This document shows positions 19,632-28,976 of a stretch of 64,000 bases of DNA, in pieces (positions within the stretch are counted from its first letter, which is position 1; every line of letters begins with the position of its first letter). The position numbers and the translations under genes are program-made. Source of the stretch: Pseudomonadota bacterium (GTDB lineage: Bacteria > Pseudomonadota > Alphaproteobacteria > Rhodobacterales > Rhodobacteraceae); the NCBI GenBank assembly GCA_040385165.1, contig JAZKHX010000002.1, positions 310,370 through 374,369 on the forward strand. The letters are read 5' to 3'. Under the pieces are notes generated by a model, which saw only the letters and a program-made list of their open reading frames with translations, was not told the DNA's origin and searched no databases.

Positions 19632-20294
19632 CTAACCCGGCGAGCACGCCCTGAGGAAGGCACCGTCGAAGTTTGCCATCAGGGCGGCATCGAGGTCGGC
19701 CATGGTCACGGGCAGTCCCAGATCCACCAGACTGGTCACACCGTGGTCGCGGATGCCGCAGGGGACGATGCCGTCGAAGTGCGACAGATCGGGCTCGACG
19801 TTGATCGAGATGCCGTGAAAACTGACCCAGCGGCGGATCTTGATACCGATGGCGGCGATCTTGTCCTCGGCAGGCTGGCCGCCCGGTCCGGTGCGGTCGG
19901 GGCGCGTGACCCAGACGCCGACGCGGCCCTGCCGGATTTCACCGGTGACGTTGAATGCGGCCAGCGTGTCGATGATCCAGCGTTCCAGGTCGCGCACGAA
20001 GCAACGCACGTCCCCGCCGCGCGCCTTCACGTCCAACATGCAGTAGATCACCCGCTGACCCGGGCCATGATAGGTATATTGCCCGCCGCGCCCGACGCGA
20101 TAGACGGGGAAGCGGTCGGGTTGCACCAGATCCGCCGGCTGGGCCGAGGTTCCGGCGGTATAGAGCGGCGGATGCTCCAAAAGCCAGATTTCCTCGCCCG
20201 CGTGGCCTTGGTTCATGGCGGCGACATGCGCTTCCATTGCCGCGAGCGTCTCGGGGTAGGGGGCGAGCCCGGGGATGTGCGTCCAGTCAACCAT
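19632..20294 (-). CDS. lipB: lipoyl(octanoyl) transferase
   Basis: 220 aa. LipB pattern ([18 protein letters not shown]). The start overlaps the soxR stop by 8 nt. Confidence 0.9.
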   Translation of the reverse strand: MVDWTHIPGLAPYPETLAAMEAHVAAMNQGHAGEEIWLLEHPPLYTAGTSAQPADLVQPDRFPVYRVGRGGQYTYHGPGQRVIYCMLDVKARGGDVRCFVRDLERWIIDTLAAFNVTGEIRQGRVGVWVTRPDRTGPGGQPAEDKIAAIGIKIRRWVSFHGISINVEPDLSHFDGIVPCGIRDHGVTSLVDLGLPVTMADLDAALMANFDGAFLRACSPG

Positions 20295-20745
20295 TCAGAT
20301 CCTCAGGCCGGTCGCCCATCAGGTATCGCGGGCCCTGGCCGTTGCGGGCCGCCCGATCCTGCGGGTTATAGAGCGAACATTTGTCGAGCGACAGACAGCC
20401 GCAGCCGATACAGCCGTCCAGCTTGTCGGACAGGGCCTGAAGGGCGTCGATCCGCTCGGCGATCCTTGCGCGGAAGCCAGTGGCGATCCGCTCCCAGTCC
20501 TGGCGGTCGGGGGCGCGGTCAGCCGGAAGGGCGGCGAGATGCCGGGCGATCTCGGCGAGGGGAAAGCCGAGGCGTTGGGCAATCAGTGTAAAGGAGAGCC
20601 GCCGGATATCGGCCTTGCCGTAACGGCGATGGCCGCCCTGATTGCGGAGAGGCCGGACGATCCCGTGCGTTTCGTAGAAGCGGATCGCCGAGACGGCGAG
20701 GCCGGTCCGATCCGAAAGGTCGCCGATGGTCAGGCCATGGGGCAC
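20287..20745 (-). CDS. soxR: redox-sensitive MerR-family activator SoxR
   Basis: MerR HTH ([21 protein letters not shown]) and [2Fe-2S] motif [12 protein letters not shown]. There is no in-frame ATG upstream of the HTH, so GTG 20745 is proposed. Confidence 0.8.
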   Translation of the reverse strand: MPHGLTIGDLSDRTGLAVSAIRFYETHGIVRPLRNQGGHRRYGKADIRRLSFTLIAQRLGFPLAEIARHLAALPADRAPDRQDWERIATGFRARIAERIDALQALSDKLDGCIGCGCLSLDKCSLYNPQDRAARNGQGPRYLMGDRPEDLNG

Positions 20746-20759
20746 GAATACGATTCCGC

Positions 20760-20790
20760 TTGATCTCTTGTTAACTTGAGAAATTACACC
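20760..20790 (+). promoter_or_regulatory. SoxR-type promoter with SoxR box in a 19-bp spacer
   Basis: TTGATC-TCTTGTTAACTTGAGAAAT-TACACC aligns position by position with E. coli soxS TTTACC-TCAAGTTAACTTGAGGAAT-TATACT. Confidence 0.6.
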
Positions 20791-20844
20791 GGGATTCGGC
20801 ATTGGCAATGGCACGCGGAAAGTCGCGGCCGGAGGGAGGACGAG

Positions 20845-21240
20845 ATGGCGAGACCGGAACATGTGAATGTGACGGTGGCTGACCCGGATGCACTGGCGGC
20901 GACGCTGTGTGAGCTGTTCGACTGGAAGGTCCGCTGGTCGGGCGCAGCGATGGGCAACGGACGCTCGGTGCATGTTGGGGATGGCGCGTCTTATGTGGCG
21001 CTCTACACTCCAGGAAAGACGGAGCCGTTCAGCCCGGACACCTACAGCAGGCAGGGTGGGCTCAATCACATCGGGGTCGTGGTGGATGATCTCGACGCGA
21101 CCGAGGATCGGGTCAAACGGGCGGGGTTTGTGCCGGGCAGTCACGCCGACTATGAGCCGGGCAGGCGGTTCTATTTCCACGAGACCAACGGCATCGAGAT
21201 CGAAGTCGTGTCCTACACCAAAGCCATGGCGCGGGCCTGA
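20845..21240 (+). CDS. VOC/glyoxalase-family protein
   Basis: Trimmed to ATG 20845 (GGAGGGAGGA upstream). Glyoxalase/bleomycin-resistance fold pattern (HVNV..., GLNHIGVVV). Divergent from soxR. Confidence 0.8.
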   Translation: MARPEHVNVTVADPDALAATLCELFDWKVRWSGAAMGNGRSVHVGDGASYVALYTPGKTEPFSPDTYSRQGGLNHIGVVVDDLDATEDRVKRAGFVPGSHADYEPGRRFYFHETNGIEIEVVSYTKAMARA

Positions 21241-21344
21241 GCGGTTCTTCGGCCTTTCCGGGCGCCTGTCGCGATCCGACAAAATGCCCCTTTTCATCCC
21301 GCGCGCCAGTCGCTAGATAGCGGGCGTCCAAACTGGGCCCACAT

Positions 21345-21431
21345 GCGGATGTGGCGGAATTGGTAGACGCGCAGCGTTGAGGTCGCTGTTCCTTAACCGG
21401 AGTGAAAGTTCGAGTCTTTTCATCCGCACCA
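21345..21431 (+). tRNA. tRNA-Leu (anticodon GAG)
   Basis: GCGGATG..CATCCGC acceptor stem plus ACCA. Long variable arm. Anticodon loop TTGAGGT. T-arm GTTCGAGTC. Confidence 0.9.
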
Positions 21432-21451
21432 GGGTTCGCTGGACAAAACCG

Positions 21452-21492
21452 AGGGCGCGGGGGGTGAAAACCTCCGCGCCCTTTGCCTTTGC
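21452..21492 (+). terminator. rho-independent terminator after tRNA-Leu
   Basis: AGGGCGCGG ... CCGCGCCCT stem followed by TTGCCTTTGC. Confidence 0.6.
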
Positions 21493-21721
21493 AGCCTGCG
21501 TCTGCAGTGGAAGCGCCTCCTTTTCTTGCGGGTTTTGCGGGCAGAATGGCTGCGATGTGGTGTTTATCTGCACGTTCTTCCCGCTACGGCGCAAAGTGGC
21601 CCAAACAGGTCGCGAAACTGCCGTTTGAGGTCGAAAAAGTGCGTTGCAATGGGGGTCACGTTTCGCTTTAGTCGAATCAAGCCAGAGGGCGCAAAGCCCC
21701 GGAACCATCAGGGAGACACGG

Positions 21722-22822
21722 GTGACGGTTGAGCCCCGCAACGACGCCTTCGTCGCATTTGAACACGTCCAGAAGAGCTATGATGGCGTCACTCTGGTCG
21801 TGAAGGACTTGAACCTTTCGATCGCGAAAGGCGAGTTTCTGACGATGCTCGGGCCTTCGGGGTCGGGCAAGACCACCTGCCTGATGATGCTGGCCGGGTT
21901 CGAGACCGCCACGCATGGTGCGATCAAGCTGGACGGCGTGAACATCAACCTGGTCCCGCCGCACAAGCGCGGGATCGGGATGGTGTTCCAGAACTACGCG
22001 CTGTTTCCGCACATGACGGTGGGCGAGAACCTCGCCTTTCCGCTGGAAGTGCGGGGGCTTGGCAAGGACGAACGCGAGGCCAAGATCAGGCGCGCGCTCG
22101 ACATGGTGCAGATGGGCGCGTTCGCGAACCGGCGGCCCGCGCAGCTTTCGGGTGGCCAGCAGCAGCGGATCGCGCTGGCGCGGGCGCTGGTGTTCGACCC
22201 CAAGCTTGTCCTGATGGACGAGCCCCTGGGGGCGCTGGACAAGCAGCTGCGCGAACACATGCAGTTCGAGATCAAGCACCTGCACGAATCGCTCGGGATC
22301 ACGGTGGTTTATGTGACCCACGACCAGGGCGAGGCGCTGACCATGTCGGACCGGGTGGCGGTGTTCAACGATGGCAAGATCCAGCAGCTTGCCCCGCCCT
22401 CGGACCTTTACGAGCGGCCCGACAACAGCTTCGTCGCGCAGTTCATCGGCGAGAACAACAAGCTTTTCGGCACCATCGAGGAGCTGACCGGCGACAAGGC
22501 GCTGGTGCGGCTTGCGACCGGCGAGCTGATCGACGCTACGGCGGTCAACGCCAAGGAAAAGGGCGGCAAGACGCTGGTGTCGATCCGGCCCGAGCGGGTG
22601 GAATTCAAGCCCGAGATGATGCCCCCCGGTGCCCATACCATCGAGGCCGAGGTCGTCGAGATCATCTATATGGGCGACATCCTGCGCGCGGTCCTGAAGG
22701 TCGCCGGAAGCGACGGTTTCGTGATGAAGATGCGCAATACGCTGGGCCAGACCAAGCTGTCGCCCGGCCAGAAGATCAAGGTGGGCTGGCATCCCCAGGA
22801 TGCCCGCGCGCTGGACCCTTGA
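21722..22822 (+). CDS. ABC transporter ATP-binding protein (PotA-type)
   Basis: Walker A GPSGSGKTT, signature LSGGQQQRI, Walker B LVLMDEPL. GTG 21722 with GGGAGA SD is preferred over track TTG 21644. Confidence 0.9.
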   Translation: MTVEPRNDAFVAFEHVQKSYDGVTLVVKDLNLSIAKGEFLTMLGPSGSGKTTCLMMLAGFETATHGAIKLDGVNINLVPPHKRGIGMVFQNYALFPHMTVGENLAFPLEVRGLGKDEREAKIRRALDMVQMGAFANRRPAQLSGGQQQRIALARALVFDPKLVLMDEPLGALDKQLREHMQFEIKHLHESLGITVVYVTHDQGEALTMSDRVAVFNDGKIQQLAPPSDLYERPDNSFVAQFIGENNKLFGTIEELTGDKALVRLATGELIDATAVNAKEKGGKTLVSIRPERVEFKPEMMPPGAHTIEAEVVEIIYMGDILRAVLKVAGSDGFVMKMRNTLGQTKLSPGQKIKVGWHPQDARALDP

Positions 22823-22878
22823 TACGCGGCCGGGACGCCCGGTCGATGCTACCCAACCAGAAACAGGGAGACTGCCAA

Positions 22879-23952
22879 ATGAAGAAGACCCTCATCCTCT
22901 CCACCGCCCTTGCGGGCCTCGCCTTCGCGGCGCAGGCGCAGGAAGTGACGGTGATGTCCTGGGGCGGTGCCTATGGCGCGGCCCAGACCGAAGGCCATGT
23001 GAAGCCGTGGTCCGCCGCCACTGGCACTCCGGCGATCATGGTCGACAGCGACAACCCGGCCCCGGCGATCAAGGCGATGGTCGAAGCCGGCAACGTCACG
23101 GTTGACGTGGCCTCGGTCGAATATGCCGACGCGATCCGTCTCTGCGACGAAGGCCTGCTGGAACCGATCGACGCGGCCTCGCTGCCCGCCGGGGCGGACG
23201 GCACCCCTGCCGCCGACGACTTCTTCCCCGGCGCTGTGACCGAATGCGGCGTCTCGACCGACATCTGGTCGAACGTCTATGCCTATGACACCAGCAAGTT
23301 CCCGGAAGGCCCGAAAACTGCCGCCGACTTCTTCGATCTTGAGAAGTTCCCCGGCAAGCGCGGGCTGAGGAAGGGCGCCAAGGCGGTTCTGGAGTTCGCG
23401 CTTCTGGCCGATGGCGTGGCCCCGGCGGATGTCTACACCGTCCTGGGCACCCCGGAAGGCGTGGACCGCGCCTTTGCCAAGCTGGACACCATCAAGGCCG
23501 AGACCGTCTGGTGGGAAGCCGGAGCCCAGGCGCCGCAGCTCTTGGCTGACGGCGAAGTCGCGATGACCACCGCCTACAACGGCCGGATCTTCGCCGCCGC
23601 CGTGGGCGAAGGCAAACCGTTCCAGATCGTCTGGGATGGCCAGATCTACGAGAACGAAAGCTACGTCGTGCCGAAGGGCGCGCCGAACAAGGACCTGGCG
23701 ATGGACTTCATCAAGTACGCCACGTCCACCGAAGGCCTGCGGGCGCAGGCGTCGTATATCTCTTACGGCCCGCCGCGCAAGTCGGCCAACGTCGATCCGA
23801 TCATCTATGCCGGTGACGGCAAGACCGAGATGGGTCCGCACCTGCCGACCAACCCGGCCAACCTGACCAATGCGCTGCTCACCTCGTCCGACTTCTGGGT
23901 CGACCATGACGCGGAACTGAACGAGCGGTTCCAGGCCTGGCTGTCGCAGTAA
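22879..23952 (+). CDS. periplasmic solute-binding protein (PotD/PotF-like family 1)
   Basis: Trimmed to ATG 22879. Signal peptide MKKTLILSTALAGLAFAAQAQE. Confidence 0.85.
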   Translation: MKKTLILSTALAGLAFAAQAQEVTVMSWGGAYGAAQTEGHVKPWSAATGTPAIMVDSDNPAPAIKAMVEAGNVTVDVASVEYADAIRLCDEGLLEPIDAASLPAGADGTPAADDFFPGAVTECGVSTDIWSNVYAYDTSKFPEGPKTAADFFDLEKFPGKRGLRKGAKAVLEFALLADGVAPADVYTVLGTPEGVDRAFAKLDTIKAETVWWEAGAQAPQLLADGEVAMTTAYNGRIFAAAVGEGKPFQIVWDGQIYENESYVVPKGAPNKDLAMDFIKYATSTEGLRAQASYISYGPPRKSANVDPIIYAGDGKTEMGPHLPTNPANLTNALLTSSDFWVDHDAELNERFQAWLSQ

Positions 23953-23961
23953 TCCGCTGAT

Positions 23962-23999
23962 CCGGGCGCGGGGGGTTTCCTCGCGCCCGGTCCCTTTTG
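23962..23999 (+). terminator. intra-operon hairpin / attenuator after the binding-protein gene
   Basis: CCGGGCGCG-11nt-CGCGCCCGG followed by TCCCTTTTG. Confidence 0.45.
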
Positions 24000-24013
24000 A
24001 CGACGAGGCAGGA

Positions 24014-25267
24014 ATGGCCGAGGCCGCGACCGAACTTCTGAAGACCGCTGATGGCCGTCCGCTGAAAGCCGCCCTGGCCGAGGCGCAGTCGCGGGCGAAG
24101 CGGCGCGCGTTCCTTTTGGTGCTGCCGCTTCTGGTCTTCGTCCTGCTGACCTTTCTGGTGCCGATCGGCTATATGCTGAAACGGTCGGTGGAACATGACG
24201 GTTTCGCGGCGTCGGCCCCGGCGCTGGACGCCTGGTTCGAAGCCAACCCGGGGTTCGACCCCGCCAATCCGCCCGAAGCGGCCTATGCCGCGCTGGTGCA
24301 GGATCTGGCGCGGATGCAGACGGAAAAGACGACCGGCATCGCGGGCACCCGGATCAACTACACGGTTCCCGGCACTATTTCCCTGTTCAAGAAGGGCGCG
24401 CGCGAGGCCGGAGCCCTGGTCCCCCCCTTCAAGGACGCCATGCTTGCCATTGACGCCGACTGGGGCAAGCCCGCGCTCTGGCGGGGAATGGCCGCGGCCT
24501 CAAGCAGGTATACCACCGAATTCTACAAGGTCGCCTCGGACATGAAGCTGACCGAAGACGGCTGGGCGCGCGGTGGCGACAAGGAAAGGATCTACCTTTA
24601 CCTCTTCTTCAAGACCTTCCTGATTTCCGGCCTGATCACGGTGATCTGTCTTCTGCTGGCCTTCCCGATCTCGCATCTGCTGGCGACCTTGCCGATGGCG
24701 AAGTCGTCGCTGCTGATGATCCTTGTGCTGCTGCCGTTCTGGACTTCGCTGCTGGTGCGCACGACTTCGTGGATCGCGCTTCTCCAGGAGCAGGGGATCG
24801 TCAACGACCTGTTGGTCGGCCTTGGCCTGATCGGCGACGACGGCCGCCTGTCGATGATGTACAACATGACCGGCACCATCGTCGCGATGACGCATGTGCT
24901 GTTGCCGTTCATGATCCTGCCGCTCTATTCGGTGATGCGGGTCATTCCCCCGTCCTACGCCCGGGCCGCTCGGTCGCTGGGCGCGACCTCGTGGACGACC
25001 TTCCGCCGGGTCTACCTGCCGCAGACCCTGCCGGGGATCGCCGCGGGCTCGCTTCTGGTCTTCATCCTGGCGGTGGGCTACTACATCACCCCGGCCCTGG
25101 TCGGAGGGGCGGACGGGCAGCTGATTTCCAACCTGATCAGCTTCCACATGACCAAGGCGAACTGGTCGCTTGCGGCGGCGATTGCCGCGATGCTGCTGGC
25201 CGCCATTCTGGTGCTTTACTGGCTTTACGACCGGCTGATCGGCATCGACCGGCTGAAGCTTGGCTGA
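24014..25267 (+). CDS. ABC transporter permease
   Basis: 417 aa, multi-TM, with the binding-protein-dependent permease EAA-like region. Confidence 0.85.
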   Translation: MAEAATELLKTADGRPLKAALAEAQSRAKRRAFLLVLPLLVFVLLTFLVPIGYMLKRSVEHDGFAASAPALDAWFEANPGFDPANPPEAAYAALVQDLARMQTEKTTGIAGTRINYTVPGTISLFKKGAREAGALVPPFKDAMLAIDADWGKPALWRGMAAASSRYTTEFYKVASDMKLTEDGWARGGDKERIYLYLFFKTFLISGLITVICLLLAFPISHLLATLPMAKSSLLMILVLLPFWTSLLVRTTSWIALLQEQGIVNDLLVGLGLIGDDGRLSMMYNMTGTIVAMTHVLLPFMILPLYSVMRVIPPSYARAARSLGATSWTTFRRVYLPQTLPGIAAGSLLVFILAVGYYITPALVGGADGQLISNLISFHMTKANWSLAAAIAAMLLAAILVLYWLYDRLIGIDRLKLG

Positions 25268-25277
25268 CGAGGAACCC

Positions 25278-26249
25278 ATGGCCCTTCCCACCTATGCTTC
25301 GCCCCTGGAACGGATCTGGCACTACACCTATCTGGTGATCTGCGGGCTGGTGTTCCTGTTCCTGATCGCGCCGATCCTGATCGTGATCCCGCTGTCGTTC
25401 AACGCCGAGCCCTATTTCACCTTCACGCCGAAGATGCTGGCATTCGACCCTGCGGGCTACAGCCTGCGGTGGTATGACACGCTTCTGACGCTGGGCCACC
25501 CCGCGCCGGAAACGCCGCGCGACGGCACCTGGTGGTCGGCGGTCTGGGAACGGGCGACCTGGGTGCAGGCGGCGAAGAATTCGTTCTGGGTCGGGCTTTG
25601 GGCGACGATCCTGGCGACGACGCTGGGCACCATTGCCGCACTGGGACTGTCGCGGCCCGAAATGCCCTATCGCCGCCTGATCATGGCGCTGCTGATCAGC
25701 CCGATGATCGTGCCGATCATCATCATCGCGGTGGGGATGAGCTTCTTCTTCGCCAAGGCCTGCGTGGCCCCGGATTCGGTGATGGGCGCGATCTTCGGCT
25801 ACTTCCTGTCCGACAGGGGCTGCCTTGCGAACTCGCATCTTGGGGTGATCGTCGCCCATGCGGTGCTGGGCATTCCCTTCGTGATCATCACTGTCACGGC
25901 CACGCTGACCGGCTTTGACCAGTCGCTGATCCGGGCGGCCCAATCGCTGGGAGCCAATCCGCGCACCACCTTTTTCAAGGTGATCATGCCGCTGATCCTG
26001 CCCGGGATCATTTCCGGGGCGCTCTTCGCCTTCGTCACCTCGTTCGACGAGGTGGTGGCGGTCCTGTTCATCGCCGGGCCGGACCAGCAGACCATCCCGC
26101 GGCAGATGTTCAACGGCATCCGCGAGGCGATCTCGCCGGCGATCCTTGCCGTGGCGACGATCCTGGTGGTGATCTCGGTCCTGCTTCTGACCATGGTCGA
26201 GTTGCTGCGGCGCCGGTCCGACCGGCTGCGCGGCGTGACGGGGCGGTGA
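25278..26249 (+). CDS. ABC transporter permease
   Basis: ATG 25278 (GAGGA upstream) preferred over track TTG 25260. Multi-TM. IRAAQSLGANPRTTFFKVIMP is an EAA loop. Confidence 0.85.
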   Translation: MALPTYASPLERIWHYTYLVICGLVFLFLIAPILIVIPLSFNAEPYFTFTPKMLAFDPAGYSLRWYDTLLTLGHPAPETPRDGTWWSAVWERATWVQAAKNSFWVGLWATILATTLGTIAALGLSRPEMPYRRLIMALLISPMIVPIIIIAVGMSFFFAKACVAPDSVMGAIFGYFLSDRGCLANSHLGVIVAHAVLGIPFVIITVTATLTGFDQSLIRAAQSLGANPRTTFFKVIMPLILPGIISGALFAFVTSFDEVVAVLFIAGPDQQTIPRQMFNGIREAISPAILAVATILVVISVLLLTMVELLRRRSDRLRGVTGR

Positions 26250-26325
26250 CGGGCGGCTCCTCGTGCGACTTCGTCTTCTCGTCGCGGACGGTCGGTGACG
26301 CGTGACGATGTCTTCGAGGCGCGTT

Positions 26326-27264
26326 TCAGGGCAGAAGCTGCAGCCAGCCCCAGGTCGTGACGATCGAGAGGGCGGTCGCCACCAGCACGGATGACGCGTT
26401 CACCCGTTTGCCGACGCCATACATGTGGGCGAACATGTAGGCGTTGACGCCGGGGGCCATGGCGGCGGTGACGACGGCCGAGCGCAGGGCGGCCGTCTCC
26501 AGCTGGAATACCTGGGTTGCAAGAAGCCAGGTGACTGCCGGATGCAGGATCAGCGAGGCGACCGTGACCATGAGGATCGGACCGATGTCGCCTTCGATCC
26601 GGTAGCGGACGAGAACGCCGCCAAGCCCGAAAAGCGCGACGGGAATCGCCGCGCGGGCGACCATGTCGACGCCAGACCAGAAGAAGCCCGGCAGCGGGTT
26701 GCCCGCAAGGTTGACCGCAAAGCCCAGAAGGATGCCGATCACCAGCGATTGCGACAGGATCGCGCGCCCGATCTGCCGGGTCAGCGCCACCCCTGACAGC
26801 CCGTGCCCCCGGGTCCGCGCCCATTCCATCAGCGCGATGCCGAAGCCGTACAGCATCGGCGCGTGCAAGGAGATGATGGCGTAGTTGCCCTGCAGCGCCT
26901 CGGTGCCGTAGGCGCGCTCGGTGATGGCGAGGCCAAGGAGAAGCGAGTTCGAGAACAGCCCGGCAAAGCCGATGGCGACGGCATCGGGCATCGCGCGGCG
27001 GAAGACCAGCATCGCGCCGAAGTAGCAGGCGAAGAACCCCGCGAAGGCCCCGGCGTAGAAGCTGGTCATCAGGCCGGGGTCATAGGCTGACGACAGGTCG
27101 AGATGCGCGATGGAACGGAAAAGAAGGCAGGGGACCGCGAAGTTCTGGGCAAAACGCATGAGGCCGTCGATCGCGGTTTCGGCCAGAAGGTTGGCACGGA
27201 CGGCGGCGTAGCCGAAACCGATGACCAGAAAGACCGGCAGAATGACGTCGAGAAGCGCGCTCAA
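26326..27264 (-). CDS. AEC (auxin efflux carrier) family transporter
   Basis: 312 aa, about 10 TM helices, N-terminus MSALLDVILPVFLVIGFGY typical of the family. Confidence 0.85.
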   Translation of the reverse strand: MSALLDVILPVFLVIGFGYAAVRANLLAETAIDGLMRFAQNFAVPCLLFRSIAHLDLSSAYDPGLMTSFYAGAFAGFFACYFGAMLVFRRAMPDAVAIGFAGLFSNSLLLGLAITERAYGTEALQGNYAIISLHAPMLYGFGIALMEWARTRGHGLSGVALTRQIGRAILSQSLVIGILLGFAVNLAGNPLPGFFWSGVDMVARAAIPVALFGLGGVLVRYRIEGDIGPILMVTVASLILHPAVTWLLATQVFQLETAALRSAVVTAAMAPGVNAYMFAHMYGVGKRVNASSVLVATALSIVTTWGWLQLLP

Positions 27265-27339
27265 TCCTGATGCCGGGCGGGGGGTTTCACACCCCCCGCA
27301 CCCCCCGTGGAGTATTTCCGAAAAGAGCAGGCAGCAGGA

Positions 27340-28143
27340 TCAGGGCTGGTTGTCATAGGTCACGGTCATGCCGTCGTAGGCGGGTGTGATGTGGGGCGGA
27401 AGTTCGGCGCAGAGCCTGTCGTAGTCGAGGTCGATGTGCATGTTGGTGATCACGGCGCGGGCGGGCTTTGCGCGGGCGATCCAGCCCAGCGTCATGTCAA
27501 GATGGGCATGGGTCGGATGCGGCTTGCGGCGGAGCGCATCGACGATCCAGCAGTCGAGGCCCTGAAGGATAGGCCAGCTTTCCGCAGGAATGTCCACGGC
27601 ATCGGGCAGATAGGCCAAGGGGCCGATGCGGAAGCCAAGCGCGTCCATGCTGCCATGGTCGGCGCGGAACGGGGTCAGGGTCACGGGTCCGCCGGCCCCC
27701 GGGACGGTCACAGGGCCGTCGATGGTGTTAAGGTCGAGGATCGGCGGGTAGGGCGAGCCTTCGGGCTGCACGAAAGCATAGCCGAAGCGCGAGAGGAGCG
27801 CCTCCTGCGTCTGCGGGTCGGCCCAGACCGGCAGGCGCTGGCGCTGGTTGAAGACCACCTGCCTGAGGTCGTCGATGCCGTGCATGTGGTCGGCGTGGCT
27901 GTGGGTGTAGACCACGCCGTCCAGCGCACCGACCCCTGCGTCGAGAAGCTGTTCGCGCATGTCGGGCGAGGTGTCGATCAGGACGCGGGTCACCCCCTCG
28001 GCCGTCTCGCGGGTGACGAGCAGGGAACAGCGGCGGCGGCGGTTCCTGGGGTTCGCGGGGTCGCAGTCGCCCCAGATGCCGCCAAGGCGGGGCACGCCGC
28101 CCGAGGAGCCGCAGCCGAGGATGGTGAAGGTGATCCGCGCCAT
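27340..28143 (-). CDS. MBL-fold metallo-hydrolase
   Basis: Trimmed to ATG 28143. ILGCGSSGGVP and HSHADHMHG (HxHxDH) motifs. Confidence 0.85.
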   Translation of the reverse strand: MARITFTILGCGSSGGVPRLGGIWGDCDPANPRNRRRRCSLLVTRETAEGVTRVLIDTSPDMREQLLDAGVGALDGVVYTHSHADHMHGIDDLRQVVFNQRQRLPVWADPQTQEALLSRFGYAFVQPEGSPYPPILDLNTIDGPVTVPGAGGPVTLTPFRADHGSMDALGFRIGPLAYLPDAVDIPAESWPILQGLDCWIVDALRRKPHPTHAHLDMTLGWIARAKPARAVITNMHIDLDYDRLCAELPPHITPAYDGMTVTYDNQP

Positions 28144-28144
28144 G

Positions 28145-28969
28145 TCAGGCCGCCAGTGCGCCGCGGACGGCACGGGGGAAAAGGCGGTCGAAATTTGCCG
28201 TTGTCTGCGCCGCGAAGGCGTCCAGGCTTAGCCCGAACACCGGCGCCAGCGCGCGGGCGGTGTGGGCGACATAGGCCGGTTCGTTGCGCTTGCCGCGATA
28301 GGGCGGGGGGGCCAGGTAGGGACTGTCGGTTTCAAGGATCAGCCGGTCCAGCGGAGCCTTCGCGAAGATGTCGCGCAGGTCCTGCGACTTCGGAAAGGCC
28401 GCGATGCCGGAGATCGACAGGGTGAACCCCATGTCAAGCGCGGCCTCGGCCAGACGCGGGCCGGAGGAGAAGCAGTGCATGACGCAAGAGTAGGGGCGGC
28501 GGGCCATGCCCTCGGCGAGGATCGCCTCCATGTCTTCGTCCGCGTCGCGGGAATGGATGATCAACGGCAGGCCGGTTTCCTGCGCGGCTTCGATGTGGAG
28601 GCGCAAGCTGGTCTGCTGGATGGCCTTCGTCTCGGCGGTGTAGTGGTAGTCAAGCCCGGTCTCGCCGATGCCGACAAAGCGGGGGTGGCGGGCGAAGGCG
28701 ACGATCTGCTCGACCGTGACGGGGGGCTCTTCGTGGGCGCTCATCGGGTGGATGCCGGCGGCATAGAAGACCTCGGGGTGGGCTTCGGCCAGGGCGCGGA
28801 CCTTGGGTTCGTTCTTCAGCCGGGTGCAGATCGTGACCATGCGGTTCACCCCCGCGGCGCGGGCGCGGGCAATGATCTCGGCAGTCTCGGAGGCGAGGTC
28901 GGGAAAGTCGAGGTGACAGTGGCTGTCCACCAGGTCGGGAAGCTGGGGCAGATCGGGAAGGGGGGTCAT
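28145..28969 (-). CDS. tatD: TatD-family hydrolase
   Basis: DSHCHLDF N-terminal motif, 274 aa, sits downstream of holB as is common. Confidence 0.9.
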   Translation of the reverse strand: MTPLPDLPQLPDLVDSHCHLDFPDLASETAEIIARARAAGVNRMVTICTRLKNEPKVRALAEAHPEVFYAAGIHPMSAHEEPPVTVEQIVAFARHPRFVGIGETGLDYHYTAETKAIQQTSLRLHIEAAQETGLPLIIHSRDADEDMEAILAEGMARRPYSCVMHCFSSGPRLAEAALDMGFTLSISGIAAFPKSQDLRDIFAKAPLDRLILETDSPYLAPPPYRGKRNEPAYVAHTARALAPVFGLSLDAFAAQTTANFDRLFPRAVRGALAA

Positions 28970-28976
28970 CCTGGGG

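Noticed and set aside
21313-21741. 142-aa minus-strand ORF and several 60-85-aa ORFs around 21.3-21.7 kb.
   Set aside because: They overlap the tRNA-Leu gene and its terminator, and have low GC3 and no SD.
21345-26249. tRNA-Leu as an integration site for a genomic island carrying the downstream ABC transporter.
   Set aside because: I saw no integrase, no direct repeat of the tRNA 3' end and no compositional shift in the transporter genes. This looks like ordinary chromosomal context. A computational repeat search could revisit it.
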